From Anthoceros angustus (taxonomy: Eukaryota; Plantae; Anthocerotophyta), in NCBI GenBank assembly GCA_010909165.1, contig MU008161.1:124001-188000 (forward strand): a stretch of DNA of 64,000 nt, in the 5' to 3' direction. A program made the translations under genes and the position numbers. The notes beneath the pieces were generated by a model. That model searched no databases and was not told the origin of the DNA. It saw only the letters and a program-made list of their open reading frames with translations. Positions 23,378 through 33,745 of the stretch are shown here, in pieces (position 1 is the stretch's first letter; every line of letters starts with the position of its first letter).

Positions 23378-24487
23378 CTAAACGCTGATGCTCTCGAGAG
23401 CCGGAGCCTTGCGGTCGATTCTCTTGACGATGCCAGCAATGACCTTCCCGGGGCCCAGCTCGTAGCCGCTCTGCAGTCCTTTAGCCAGCAGGGTCTGGAG
23501 AGTGGATTCCCATTGCACTGGCGAGGTCACCTGCTGCGCCAGGATTTTCCGGATGACATCCGGGTCCGAGTGCGGCAGCGCGTCCACATTAGAGATGACG
23601 GGGATGCGCGGCGGCCTGAGCTGCGTGGCGCTCAAGGCGGCCTCCAGCTTGCTCACCGCGGGCTGCATGAAGCGGGTGTGGAACGCCCCGGCCACAGCGA
23701 GCCGCACGGTCATCCTGGCCTTGAACTCCTTGGCCCGGGCCTCCACGGCCTCCACGCCCTTGACGCCCCCGGACACGGCGTAGTTCCCGTTGCAGAGGAA
23801 GTTGGCGATCTGCACGCGCTCCGCCTCCTCCACCTCCTGGTTGGCGGCGTCGCAGAGCTTGGCCACGGTGCTCGCGTCCAGCCCGATGACGCTCACCATA
23901 GCGCTGCGGGAGGCGTCGGCGGCGGCCTGCATGGCCTCGCCGCGGGTCTGCACCAGCTTCACCCCGTCCTCGAAGGAGAAGACCCCGGCGAAGGCCAGCG
24001 CCGTGTACTCCCCGAGGCTGAGCCCGCAGGTCACGTCCACGGCGTGGATCACGGCCTGCCCGCCCTCCCGCGCCCGGAGCGCCTCCACGGCCGCCAGGCT
24101 GCTCACGTAGATGGCCGGCTGGCTCACCACCGTGGAGTCCAGCTTCTCCTTGGGCCCGTTCACGCACACTTCAAGCAGATCGTAGCCCAGGATCTCGCTG
24201 GCCCGGGTGAAGAGCGCGGCCGCGGCCGGCACCGCGTGCGCGTCCTTGCCCATGCCCACTGCCTGCGCCCCCTGGCCCGGGAACAGGAACGCGCTGGTGG
24301 CCTTGTAGTCCGCGAACAGGGAGTCCGAGGACCCCGACGCCGGCGCCTCAACCCCGACCGTCGCGCTCATCCGGACGAGCGGGCCGAATTTTGCCCTCCC
24401 CACCCCGCCGAGCACGGGGCTCCTGCCCACGACCGAGGCCGACGAAGCCGCGCCCAGCTTGCTCCCCATCGCCACAGCGCCTGCCAT
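23378..24487 (-). CDS. MCAT: Plastid malonyl-CoA:ACP transacylase (FabD), intronless, with transit-peptide-like N-terminus
   Basis: 369 aa; AFLFPGQGAQ, SQPAIY, GLSLGEY (active-site Ser), RGEAMQ, IANFLC, VAGAFHT, QVTSPVQW, YELGPGKV. Confidence 0.96.
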   Translation of the reverse strand: MAGAVAMGSKLGAASSASVVGRSPVLGGVGRAKFGPLVRMSATVGVEAPASGSSDSLFADYKATSAFLFPGQGAQAVGMGKDAHAVPAAAALFTRASEILGYDLLEVCVNGPKEKLDSTVVSQPAIYVSSLAAVEALRAREGGQAVIHAVDVTCGLSLGEYTALAFAGVFSFEDGVKLVQTRGEAMQAAADASRSAMVSVIGLDASTVAKLCDAANQEVEEAERVQIANFLCNGNYAVSGGVKGVEAVEARAKEFKARMTVRLAVAGAFHTRFMQPAVSKLEAALSATQLRPPRIPVISNVDALPHSDPDVIRKILAQQVTSPVQWESTLQTLLAKGLQSGYELGPGKVIAGIVKRIDRKAPALESISV

Positions 24488-25632
24488 CGCTGCAAATTCC
24501 TCTTGCGCAAAATGTCACCCCGATTCCAGTGAGACGTCCCGCTCGGCAACGGGAGCAGGAAGCTATGCTGCCCCTTTCCTTTTGCACACCCCGGTGGTTG
24601 GTAGGCTCGCAATGCCGAAGAACCCGAGGCTCCTGACGGGACCTTCTAGTTCTAGCACGCCCGCTCTCTTGTTCGGATTTCATTTCGCTTCCTTTCCTAA
24701 CACAAAATGAGATTGCGCCCACCCTTTCCTTAACCAAATGGAGCTAAATACAACGGGTACCGTAGCTCACCCGCGGGTACGTATTTGGCGTATGTGCAGA
24801 CAGGGGGACGGAGAGTGTTGGAGAATGCTCCAACTGCAAATTGAACTCCGTCTGGACCGGATGCTTCTAAGGGTGCCTAGCCATTCGAGCTATATTACCA
24901 TAACATATTCAAGTGGCAATATGTAACAAGTTTGCCTTTTTTTCCAAGTGGCAATGGATAGGTAATATGTTTGCCTTTTTCCAACCGGTAGGTAATGGTA
25001 ACCATATGTTCCTTCTAGGTAATAAATAATATATTGAAAAGATTTTTAATATTCATTTTTATACATAGTATATCACGTTATATGTTATCTTTATAGATAA
25101 CACGCTGTCGATAACATATATCGAGGGCAAGACTGCTCGTTTGCGAGCAACCTGCACTCGCAAGTCTTGTGCGCTTGGCATATCCGGCCGGACGCTCTTT
25201 ACGGACATCACCGGGGAAATGATCTGTTGCCCTGCAGTAACCCTAACACATGCTGCGCCTGAACTCTGAACTCATGTAAAATTTAGACGACTCCACACCC
25301 TCCTACAAGACACTCCGTGAAAAGCTTCACGACACTCGCAAAACTTGCCAGAAAATCAACGTATGTATTCTACCGACATGCGAGATTTGTCATACCGGTG
25401 AAGGAACCCGCCCATGCGTGCTGGTTGATCACAGAACCCTAGGTTCTACAATACGTCGCCCGCGTCCGTTCCAGGGATCTCGTCTCTCTCGCCCTCGCTC
25501 CGCTGCTCGCCCAAACTTCACGCTTCACAGCCACAGATTGCGCTCGGTTCTTGCCGAGGAAACCTAGCGTCCTGCAAGTGAAGTGTTTCGCGGGTGTGTC
25601 GGGTTGGTGCCTGCGCTTGGAGGTCGGCAACC

Positions 25633-26385
25633 ATGTCAAGACGCTATGATTCCAGGACAACCATCTTCTCCCCCGAGGGGAGACTATATCAGGTGGAGTA
25701 TGCTATGCAGGCCATCAGCAATGCTGGCGCGACCATAGGGATTTTGGCCAAGGACGGGGTGGTTCTGGCTGCGGAGAAGATGGTAACTTCCAAGCTGCTG
25801 GCCACGGCCAAGTCTACCGAGAAGATGTACAAGATCGATGACCATGTAGCCTGCGCAGTGGCCGGGATTATGGCGGACGCTAACATTCTCATCAACACGG
25901 CTAGGTTGCAAGCTCAGCGGTTTACTTACCAGTACCAGGAGCCTATGCCGGTGGAGCAGCTGGTGCAAGCTCTGTGCGACACCAAGCAAGGGTACACACA
26001 GTTTGGGGGTCTGCGGCCCTTCGGTGTCTCGTTTTTGTTTGCAGGTTACGACAAGAATTTCGGCTTCCAGCTGTACATGAGTGATCCGAGTGGCAATTAT
26101 GGAGGCTGGAAGGCTGGTGCAATTGGTGCCAACAACCAGGCTGCACAGTCCATGTTGAAGCAGGACTACAAGGATGACATCACCAGAGAGGAAGCTGTGC
26201 AGCTGGCTTTGAAGATCTTGAGTAAGACCATGGATAGTACCAGTCTGTCGTCCGACAAGCTTGAGGTAGCGGAAGTGAGCTTAAGTCCCGATGGCAGTGT
26301 CAAGTACCAGGTCACCTCAGCTCAGGATTTGAACCAGCTGTTGCTCAAGTATGGCATCACACAGCCACCGTCCGACGACCAGTAG
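25633..26385 (+). CDS. PAC1: 20S proteasome subunit alpha type-4 (alpha3), intronless
   Basis: [50 protein letters not shown]; 250 aa from ATG 25633. Confidence 0.97.
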   Translation: MSRRYDSRTTIFSPEGRLYQVEYAMQAISNAGATIGILAKDGVVLAAEKMVTSKLLATAKSTEKMYKIDDHVACAVAGIMADANILINTARLQAQRFTYQYQEPMPVEQLVQALCDTKQGYTQFGGLRPFGVSFLFAGYDKNFGFQLYMSDPSGNYGGWKAGAIGANNQAAQSMLKQDYKDDITREEAVQLALKILSKTMDSTSLSSDKLEVAEVSLSPDGSVKYQVTSAQDLNQLLLKYGITQPPSDDQ

Positions 26386-26699
26386 GGTTCGGGCAGCTTC
26401 TCAGCAGTGCCATATGCAGTATGTTTTCGCAATTGCTAGTAAAATTTTGCCACTCCTTGTGTCTTCACTGGCTACCGCAACGTTGATGGACCAGTCTTGG
26501 TAACTTACCACACGAACGTCCTGTGCAGCTTTCTTCGAGGGATCCGTGCCTTGATCTAGTCCGGAACTAAGTTGCAGCCAATTGCACCCCACAGTCTCAA
26601 TAAGTAACCCTAAACCGTAAAGAGTCGGGGGAAGACACTACTCATCCATCACGTCACGCCCCTCAGGATGAATACCCTGCTCAAGCTTCAGCCTCCTCC

Positions 26700-27330
26700 A
26701 GCACGTCTTGCGCATATCACGTGTGAAGCCAGATAGTCATGGTTTTGTAGCAGCTCTGCAAGAATTTGCAAGGGGAGCAGACTTGACGGACGGGAAGCAG
26801 GTGCATGCTCATGCGGTTGCCACTGGTGTTGTCGGCTCTTGTTTGCAATGGTCTGGTGGATATATACGCAAGTGTGGCAGCTTGGAAGATGCTTATAGAG
26901 AGTCTCGCAGACTTGGTCAAAAAGATGTAGTAACGTGGGATGCGATGATGGCAGGGTACTCTCAGCAGGCGATGGGTTAAGGAGCCCTGCAGCTTTACAG
27001 TGTTATGCAAGACCAAAGCATCATTGCACCTAATTCCATGACATTTGCTGGCCTTCTGCAGGCATGTGATGTAAAGTGTGGCACTCTTCAGGATGCTCAG
27101 AGTGTGTTGCCTTAGTCAGAAAAATGTGGCCCCTTGAAATGGCAAGATATTCCCAGCAGGGAATAGGTCAGGAAGCACTGCATGCTTTGACAGTGTTATC
27201 CAAGAAGAAAACGTTGCACCTGATACTCTGACATTTGCATGCATGTTGCAGGCCCGTGCAAGCGTGAGGACCCCCGGGTTGGAAAGGGGTAAGCAGCTTC
27301 ACGCAGAGACCGGCGATCAAAGGCTTCAGG
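26700..27330 (+). pseudogene. PLS-class pentatricopeptide repeat gene fragment
   Basis: VKPDSHGFVAAL..GKQVHAH, KCGSLEDA, KDVVTWDAMMAGYSQ, PNSMTFAGLLQAC, KCGTLQDAQSV, GQEAL, GKQLHA; frameshifted. Confidence 0.85.
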
Positions 27331-27337
27331 TCAAACT

Positions 27338-27818
27338 CCTGCCCACGGCCGAGGCCGCGCCCAGCTTGCTCCCTATCGCCACAGCGGCCGCCAACGCTGA
27401 AGACTCCCTTGGGCAAAATGTCACTCCGATTCGCTCCCGATTCGAGTGAGACAATTCGCTCAGCGACGGGAGCAGGAAGCGACTACCTTACACCAGCTGC
27501 TCTTTCTCAGTTTCTCCCCAGCCCAGTGGTTAGAGGCTCGCAATGCCGAAGAACCAGAGACTGCAAAAAAGTCCCATCGGCAGCCTCGGATTGCCGTTAG
27601 TTGTGAAGTACCAAGTCCCATGACGGAAATCCGTCCTTAGTGGACTTCAATAAAATTCTACTTCTTCTTCTGCCCGATCCCGTTCGTTCGGATTTCATCG
27701 TTCTTAGAGAAATAAAGAACTTTATAAAGAAGAAGTCAAACAAGAGTGGATGATTTACACAAGAGTGTATAATTTACACAAGGACCCACTCGTTCGGGTT
27801 TCATTTCGCTTCCTTTCT
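27338..27818 (-). pseudogene. Duplicated 5' end/promoter of MCAT (start codon mutated), with small insertions
   Basis: High similarity to 24421-24700 (CCTGCCCACG..CCCAGCTTGCTCCC(C/T)ATCGCCACAGCG..GGCTCGCAATGCCGAAGAACC..TTTCATTTCGCTTCCTTTC); GCCATC changed to GCCAAC removes the ATG. Confidence 0.85.
27606..27671. repeat. ~65-bp hairpin-forming dispersed repeat, copy 1
   Basis: AAGTACCAAGTCCCATGACGGAAATCCGTCCTTAGTGGACTT..AATAAAATTCT..TTCTTCTTCT; near-identical copy at 30143-30207; nested stems AAGTCC/GGACTT and GACGGA/TCCGTC. Confidence 0.85.
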
Positions 27819-28622
27819 GAAGAATGCGAGGGAATGTGGCTCAGAACAACGTCCAGCTCATTCGACGGTTTATGGCGTACTGTGAAAAGACTGTTTTGAA
27901 AAGGAGGCCTGGCCACAACTCCTCAGGCCCTCTAGCAGATAAAGTGTTTCAACTCCTCTCCTGGTACCGTTGAGGACCCAGATACTTCAGACAACGGCTT
28001 GCGACATCGACACGGCTCTCGTGGCTTAATGAACACACTCTTGAGGCAACTAAGTGGACACAATGGCAGACCACTGATCACACACTTGTCTTTGAAAAAC
28101 GGGGGATCTCCAAATGCTCGGCCTGCAGATAAGATTCTCGATCACTGTCAGCACAACTCTTCAGCTTACACGTACATGATACACAATTCAGATGAGGGCA
28201 TTTTCCATACACACACAAGTGAAGACAAGCATACAACTACAGGCTCATGGACAGATGTTGTAGAAGGCCTGCTCTAAGCAGCAGGACTTGACAACCTCAG
28301 AAAGAAAGTCTGTAGAGACGAAGGAGGAATCAAACAATGCTTCCCGCTTAGACTTGGCAGGGGACCCCCTACTCTTACACATCTTCCAGCTAACCTTGGC
28401 TGATCTTCCAGCTAGGCGGAGGCATACCTCTTACACACTCCGGGCCTAGGATGACAAGGTGGATCTGGGAAAAAGTGTCCACTTCTCTAGGAAACAGATT
28501 GGATACACGGCATGTCTGGCCGACAAACTCTGCCAGGAAGGACAGCTTTTAGTGAAGCCTTACGTTGCAAGCCCTAGATCTCCTGGGTGCTCCGGGGATC
28601 GTATAATGCGATCGTGGCTTCC

Positions 28623-29298
28623 TTGGAGTATGGCTTCCTTGGGCTGGGGATTATGGGCGTCCCCATGGCTCGAACTTTGCTCAGGGCTGGACTCAACGTG
28701 GTGGTCGGTAGTGTGGCCTCTGCTTGGTGCAATTTTGGGTGGAGCAGGCTCGCATTGAGTGTACCCACCACGTCTCCAAACTCACTGAGATTTGGACTTA
28801 TCGTGCAGTGTGAGGAGCTTGCGAGCGAGGGCGCGTCAATAGCCTCCAGCGCTCCAGCTGAAGTTATGACAAGGGCCACTGTCACTTTCGCTATGCTCGC
28901 AGACCCTGCTGCTGCTCTCTCTGTAAGCATTCGGCTTGCTGACTTATGCTATTTGACCATGCACGGTCTGAAGGTTCCCATTGATTGAGTCCGTCATGAG
29001 ACAGCATTTGTACCATCCAGATTGATCGAATGTTGCAGGAGAGGAAGTGTTCAGAGCAGTGACTTTAACTTGTGGAACCTTCTGCTTCAACCCATTCCCT
29101 ATCCACACTAGGTTCGCGTTTGTGCTCGTCTGGACATGTGCAGCAGAATAAATCCGGTCTTGTGTGTTGACTGGATCGCAGCACCTGTTATGTCCAGGCC
29201 ATCGTCGAAAAGGGTGGACGGTTTCTTGAAGCACCTGTCCAGGCAGTAAAAATCCGCGGAGGATGGCACTCGTATCAGACTTGCTGCAAAAGACAAGG
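28623..29298 (+). pseudogene. GLYR: Glyoxylate/succinic semialdehyde reductase (GLYR, beta-hydroxyacid dehydrogenase family) 5' fragment
   Basis: EYGFLGLGIMGVPMARTLLRAG, CEELASEGASIA..PAEV..TFAMLADPAAALS|GT, AIVEKGGRFLEAPV-GSK-PAEDG..LAA-DK; begins with TTG instead of ATG; truncated with frameshifts. Confidence 0.82.
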
Positions 29299-30142
29299 AA
29301 GACCATGGCTATCGCGATTAAGACCTATGCTATCCCCCTTCCCCTCATCTCCCTCTCCGCCACATCCTCCCTGGCCCCCGTCCCCGCCGTTATCGTCGCT
29401 CCCGCCTCCCCGACCTTGGCCTGCTCCGCCGCAGCGGCATTCGGCAGCCACAGCGGCTCCCGCTCCGCGCCCTCCCAGCCGCCCGCCCCGTTCCAGGAGC
29501 TCCCGAAGGCGCAGCTTCCCAGTCCCGAGCAGGGCCATGGCGCGCCGGCCCTGCTGCTCGCCTGCCAGGAGAGAACCGCACCGGGCCGCGGGGGCAGGGG
29601 CCGCGCCTGCGCGCAGACGCGGCCCTGGCTGCTCTTAACGCTCACAGACAGCCAGGGGACCGGGGTAGGCGTGGTCACAGCTCGCACCGCCGCCGCCATC
29701 GTCCAAGCCTGGAATTCCAACATACACAGGTGCGGAGCGAGAAAGGCGAGGGAGGTCAGCAGCTCCGAGCAGCAACAATGCAGCTTGGGGAAAGCAATCT
29801 TGTCGCCTGTGACCCTGTTCCCGTCATCGCCACTCACTTCACTGCGAGGATTCCCGGGCTGCAGGCAGATGTTTCCGCTGCAGTGCTCCAGGCGCTGCTG
29901 GCCGGGAACTACCTCGATCCCGATGGCTTCCCCACCGTGCCTGCTCCCGTGGGCTGGGACACTAACAGCGTTTGGGAGTGGGATCTTTTCGCGGATTCGC
30001 TGCCTGTTGCCCAGGACAACTACTGGCGGTTGGCGAGGAGTTTACCCATGAATACTAGTAGATCTTCACGTTTTGAGTTTTCACCAGCGTGAAGACAACT
30101 CAAAAGGTGAAGGTCTACTAGTATTAGTAAGGTGAAGTTGTT

Positions 30143-30207
30143 AAGTACCAAGTCCCATGACGGAAATCCGTCCTTAGTGGACTTAAATAAAATTCTTCTT
30201 CTTCTTC
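30143..30207. repeat. ~65-bp hairpin-forming dispersed repeat, copy 2
   Basis: Same sequence as 27606-27671, direct orientation. Confidence 0.85.
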
Positions 30208-30371
30208 TACTAGTATTCCCAACTCCCATTCTTTAGAGGGTTACAAAATCTCTCCACTCTCTTTTGTAAATGGGGAGGAGGTATGGCATACTAAAGCGGA
30301 CGGGACACTTTTTTTCACACGAAACTCGTACAATATGCCACAATACGTAGGCATCTGTACAATATACTATT

Positions 30372-30460
30372 GAATCTAGTATAGAGGTGCTACCTCACCA
30401 CACACGCTCATGTATCGAATCTAGTACAGAGGTGCTACCTCACCACACATGCTCATATGT
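30372..30460 (+). repeat. 45-bp tandem duplication
   Basis: GAATCTAGTA(T/C)AGAGGTGCTACCTCACCACACA(C/T)GCTCAT twice (starts 30372, 30417). Confidence 0.9.
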
Positions 30461-31289
30461 CCGCTTTGGCGCCCTCACCAACAGCGGCCAAGCACAAAGA
30501 ACCGGTTTCTTCCTACCCTGTCAGACATGGTTTACGCTCTCAGAGTTAGTGTCTGAGTACATAGCACCTACGCCCAATGCGAAAAGCTCCTGCTCCAATC
30601 CCCATCTGTTCCTTCTTGGCGATAGGCCCTTTCAGATCATCTCTGTCGTCACGATTCGTGGTTTGGAATGGCACGATGAGATGAGGGCAAGCTTGGCAAT
30701 CGAAGGCATGAATTGCAGCGTCGCCGCCCATGACGGAGATGGGGATGAGCCGCTCGCCGATCTGCCCAACCTTGCTCCTGCGTCCGTGGCATCTGGGGGA
30801 GGTTCACCGCAGTCTGGAGGGCGTTCTGTCACCGAAGAAACACCTGTACATTTGGAAGTGGCGAGACCTGTGGCACGAAGAGGAAGCTTCGATGTTGCGC
30901 GGCATGGACCAGAGCCTATCTGGAGCTGGGAGCATTCACCAGACCTCCCTTGCGGGGACTATGTGTGTGCCAAAGCATATTGGTCTGGACAGGTGGACAC
31001 CCCTGCAATTTGGACCCCGGGGCATGGTCATTGGGTGCTCCAGGTGGCAGAGGCGACTATGTTGAGTGGCCTAGAACGGGAGTTTGTAATTGCCCGCCTG
31101 GCGGTGGACGACGCTGGCCCTCTGCCCCTTCGTCGTGAGATGCATCACTGGGACGTTCGGAATTGGTGGGTGGCATGTGCTGCACGCCTGGGCTATGCAA
31201 TGTTGGCCCGCGCGCAAGAGCTGGGTGCTTACATCGTCGATATCATTGAAGAAATGCGGACTGACTTCCCCGCTGTCGGGCCAGGTTGA
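30387..31289 (+). CDS. Hypothetical ~300-codon ORF, probably TE-associated; start uncertain
   Basis: Long open frame with non-repetitive, Trp-rich protein-like composition; no family recognised; lies upstream of a CACTA terminus. Confidence 0.35.
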   Translation: MLPHHTRSCIESSTEVLPHHTCSYVRFGALTNSGQAQRTGFFLPCQTWFTLSELVSEYIAPTPNAKSSCSNPHLFLLGDRPFQIISVVTIRGLEWHDEMRASLAIEGMNCSVAAHDGDGDEPLADLPNLAPASVASGGGSPQSGGRSVTEETPVHLEVARPVARRGSFDVARHGPEPIWSWEHSPDLPCGDYVCAKAYWSGQVDTPAIWTPGHGHWVLQVAEATMLSGLEREFVIARLAVDDAGPLPLRREMHHWDVRNWWVACAARLGYAMLARAQELGAYIVDIIEEMRTDFPAVGPG

Positions 31290-32499
31290 GGTAGGCACAC
31301 CGGCAACTCGTCTTTTCTTTGTCCCTTACCTGCTTGGGAGCAAGTTTGACATTCTCTGTGTAGAGCGGGAACCGGCTTTTGGGCCGGACACTGGGACCAC
31401 CCTCCCTCGGGCACCCAGAGGTGATGATCCTGCACTGAGAGTTGAAATCGATATGCAATCCGAGGAGATTCGCGACTCATACATGGGCGAGCAAGTTCAT
31501 GCATAAAGTGGGGCCTCCTTGGGATAGACGCTACCGAGCCTCGTGGATGTGACTGTGAGAGTGATGACAGATGTTCTATATGCAACTTGCCGCAAGTTGG
31601 GGACATTTCAATTTTGAAGAAGGACCTCGACAATCATGTATCATATTACAATGCGCCCGCCTTTGTTTACAATGATACGAGCATATGGTGTGCTACTCAG
31701 TCCGATTCAACGAAGGAGCTGCTCAAGTGCTTGGGCGTGCAATTTTGATCGTCGCGCTTGCCATTGCATTGGAGGGAGGTCAGCCATTGTGGCGGGCAAG
31801 TCGATAAGCCAAATTTCAGCCTCGGTTTACGGGCGGGTTGTGCAAGTCATTGTCATGGCCCCTTGATTGAGTTGGATTAGTAATCGCGTAACCTGACCTC
31901 GCAGAATCGCGAACTCACAAACTTGTTTACCGCCGCCCGAATCAGAAGCGGATTGTTTTTGCCCGTAGATCGATGCGGGCTGCCCAACCTGCGGACTGTT
32001 CGCCTCGAAGGACTTCCGATTTGTCATTCCGGCTCCGGGCATTTTGTTGCCGCAATGCAGCCTGTGTGAGTCCAGGCTGATTGAGACTCAATTGGCGTCG
32101 CGCCTATTGAGGGGGAAGTGCAATAAAGTGTTGCCACTTCACCTGTCCGCGAGACCCGAGACTATGTCTATGGTCCAATCGTTTCTCACGCTTGAGAATG
32201 CACGGACAACAAGTGAACCCGGTTCATCGCGACTGGCAGGGTCCCTCACGTCCGTACATCGCCCAAGCTGGGTTCATGCTGCCTGATCGAGATCCAGGGC
32301 CTCGCTTGGGCCGGAAATGACATTTGGGAAAACCTGTGTCGCCTCATGTCCGGTGCATGTCCGGAGCAAGCAGTGAGGTTGCCTCGCCGCACTAGCCGCA
32401 ATAAGGAAGGTGGCGGCAAACCACCCATAAAGTGGACATGTGCCGCACTGTGTCGAAATGACGGGACTGCGTCATTTACTCATCCCATTACCAAGCATC

Positions 32500-32599
32500 C
32501 TGCTCGCCTGACTCGCCAGGTTCAGATATGTCGGATTTATGGCGAAAATTCGTTGGCGTTATTTCTAGCTCACATAAATCCCAATGCATTGTAGTAGTG
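32500..32599. mobile_element. CACTA-type terminus (right end of an element extending leftward, left end not identified)
   Basis: ...GCATTGTAGTAGTG at 32599 (= CACTACTACAA reversed), with inverted subterminal motifs GGATTTAT/ATAAATCC. Confidence 0.55.
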
Positions 32600-32779
32600 T
32601 TGGTTGGTTGACTGTGTACCCAATGTGGATTAGTGGAGTGCCAAACCGGCGTCCAGTACTCTTGGCGGCTTGTTTTGCTTTTTTTTTTGGGTCACATAAG
32701 AGGGATAGGGAGGATCAATAAGGCCATTGGGCAGATTGCACTTACGCAATCCCTAGACCCTCGGTCCGTTGGAGGACGG

Positions 32780-33085
32780 AGGTCGATCCGGCGAGGTCCG
32801 ACGGAGTGGTCCGGGCGAGGTCCGACGGAGTGGTCCGTCCGGCGAGGTCCGACGGAGTGGTCCGTCCGGCGAGGTCCGACGAGTGGTCCGTCCGGCGAGG
32901 TCCGACGAGTGGTCCGTCCGGGCGAGGTCCGACGGAGTGGTCCGTCGGCGAGGTCCGACGGAGTGGTCCGTCGGCGAGGTCCGGCGAGTGGTCTGCCCGG
33001 CGAGGTCCGACGGAGTGGTCTGCCCGGCGAGGTCCGGCGAGGTCCGACGGAGTGGTCTGCCCGGCGAGGTCCGACGGAGTGGTCG
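32780..33085 (+). repeat. 27-bp-based GC-rich minisatellite in each array LTR (also ~34675-35015, 36620-37055, 38675-39010, 40625-41010)
   Basis: Units GGCGAGGTCCGACGGAGTGGTC(C/T)G(T/C)CC with variable subunit shuffling; roughly a dozen per LTR. Confidence 0.92.
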
Positions 33086-33524
33086 CCGGTGGTTTAGTTT
33101 GGTGGGCATCGCTGGCATGGATCACTGCTAAGCGCCTGGTGCAAGAAGTCCGCAAGGATGAGCTACGCCCATGGTTACCACGACCTGTTAGGGTACATAC
33201 ATAGGGTTAGGATACATACATAGGCGGGTTAGGTTAGGGTATGGGAGTATAGGAAGGCCTCAGCGCCAAGACGGCATTATCCTGTACCATCTTCGGCCTC
33301 CGTGTTTCCTTCCGTGCTCGAGGAGTGAGTGAGTTCGCCACTGCAGGTGATTAATGCAGAGGGATGTGTTTAGAGCTCAGTGACGAGCTCCGCCAACACG
33401 CTTGATGGGTGCGCACGATCGGACCGAGCCTGTGAGGTGCTCGGGTGATTTCTGTGTAGACTAACCTTGGAGGCTGAACGAGGCCGGGGATGCAGTCAGT
33501 GGGGCCATCGGTAACTGGGCAGCC

Positions 33525-33745
33525 CGAGGGATTAGGAGGCGCTTGGGGTGACTGTGGGCGGAAGCCATCCTTGGAGGCTGGAGCGGAGGTGGGGATGCAG
33601 TGAAGCCACTTCTCCATGAGCGTGAAGCGGTAGGAGGGATTAGGAGGCGCTTGGGGTGACTCTCAAGGAAGCCATCCTTGGAGGCTGCTGGAGCGGAGGT
33701 GGGGATGCAGTGAAGCCACTTCTCCATGAGCGTGAAGCGGTAGGA
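33525..33745 (+). repeat. ~85-90-bp subrepeat (2-3 copies) in each array LTR
   Basis: GGATTAGGAGGCGCTTGGGGTGACT..GGAAGCCATCCTTGGAGGCT..GAAGCCACTTCTCCATGAGCGTGAAGCGGTAGGA repeated in every LTR (e.g. also 35463-35680, 37510-37720, 39470-39700). Confidence 0.88.

Noticed and set aside
23351-24532. 393-aa ORF antisense to MCAT (and other overlapping ORFs at 23502-24636)
   Set aside because: Shadow ORFs caused by very high GC3 in MCAT (few stop codons on the opposite strand); no independent motifs.
33180-33245. Telomere or interstitial telomeric array (TTAGGG-like motifs here, at 35115-35180 and at 58185-58212)
   Set aside because: Only 1-3 imperfect units embedded in LTRs; not a true telomeric tract.
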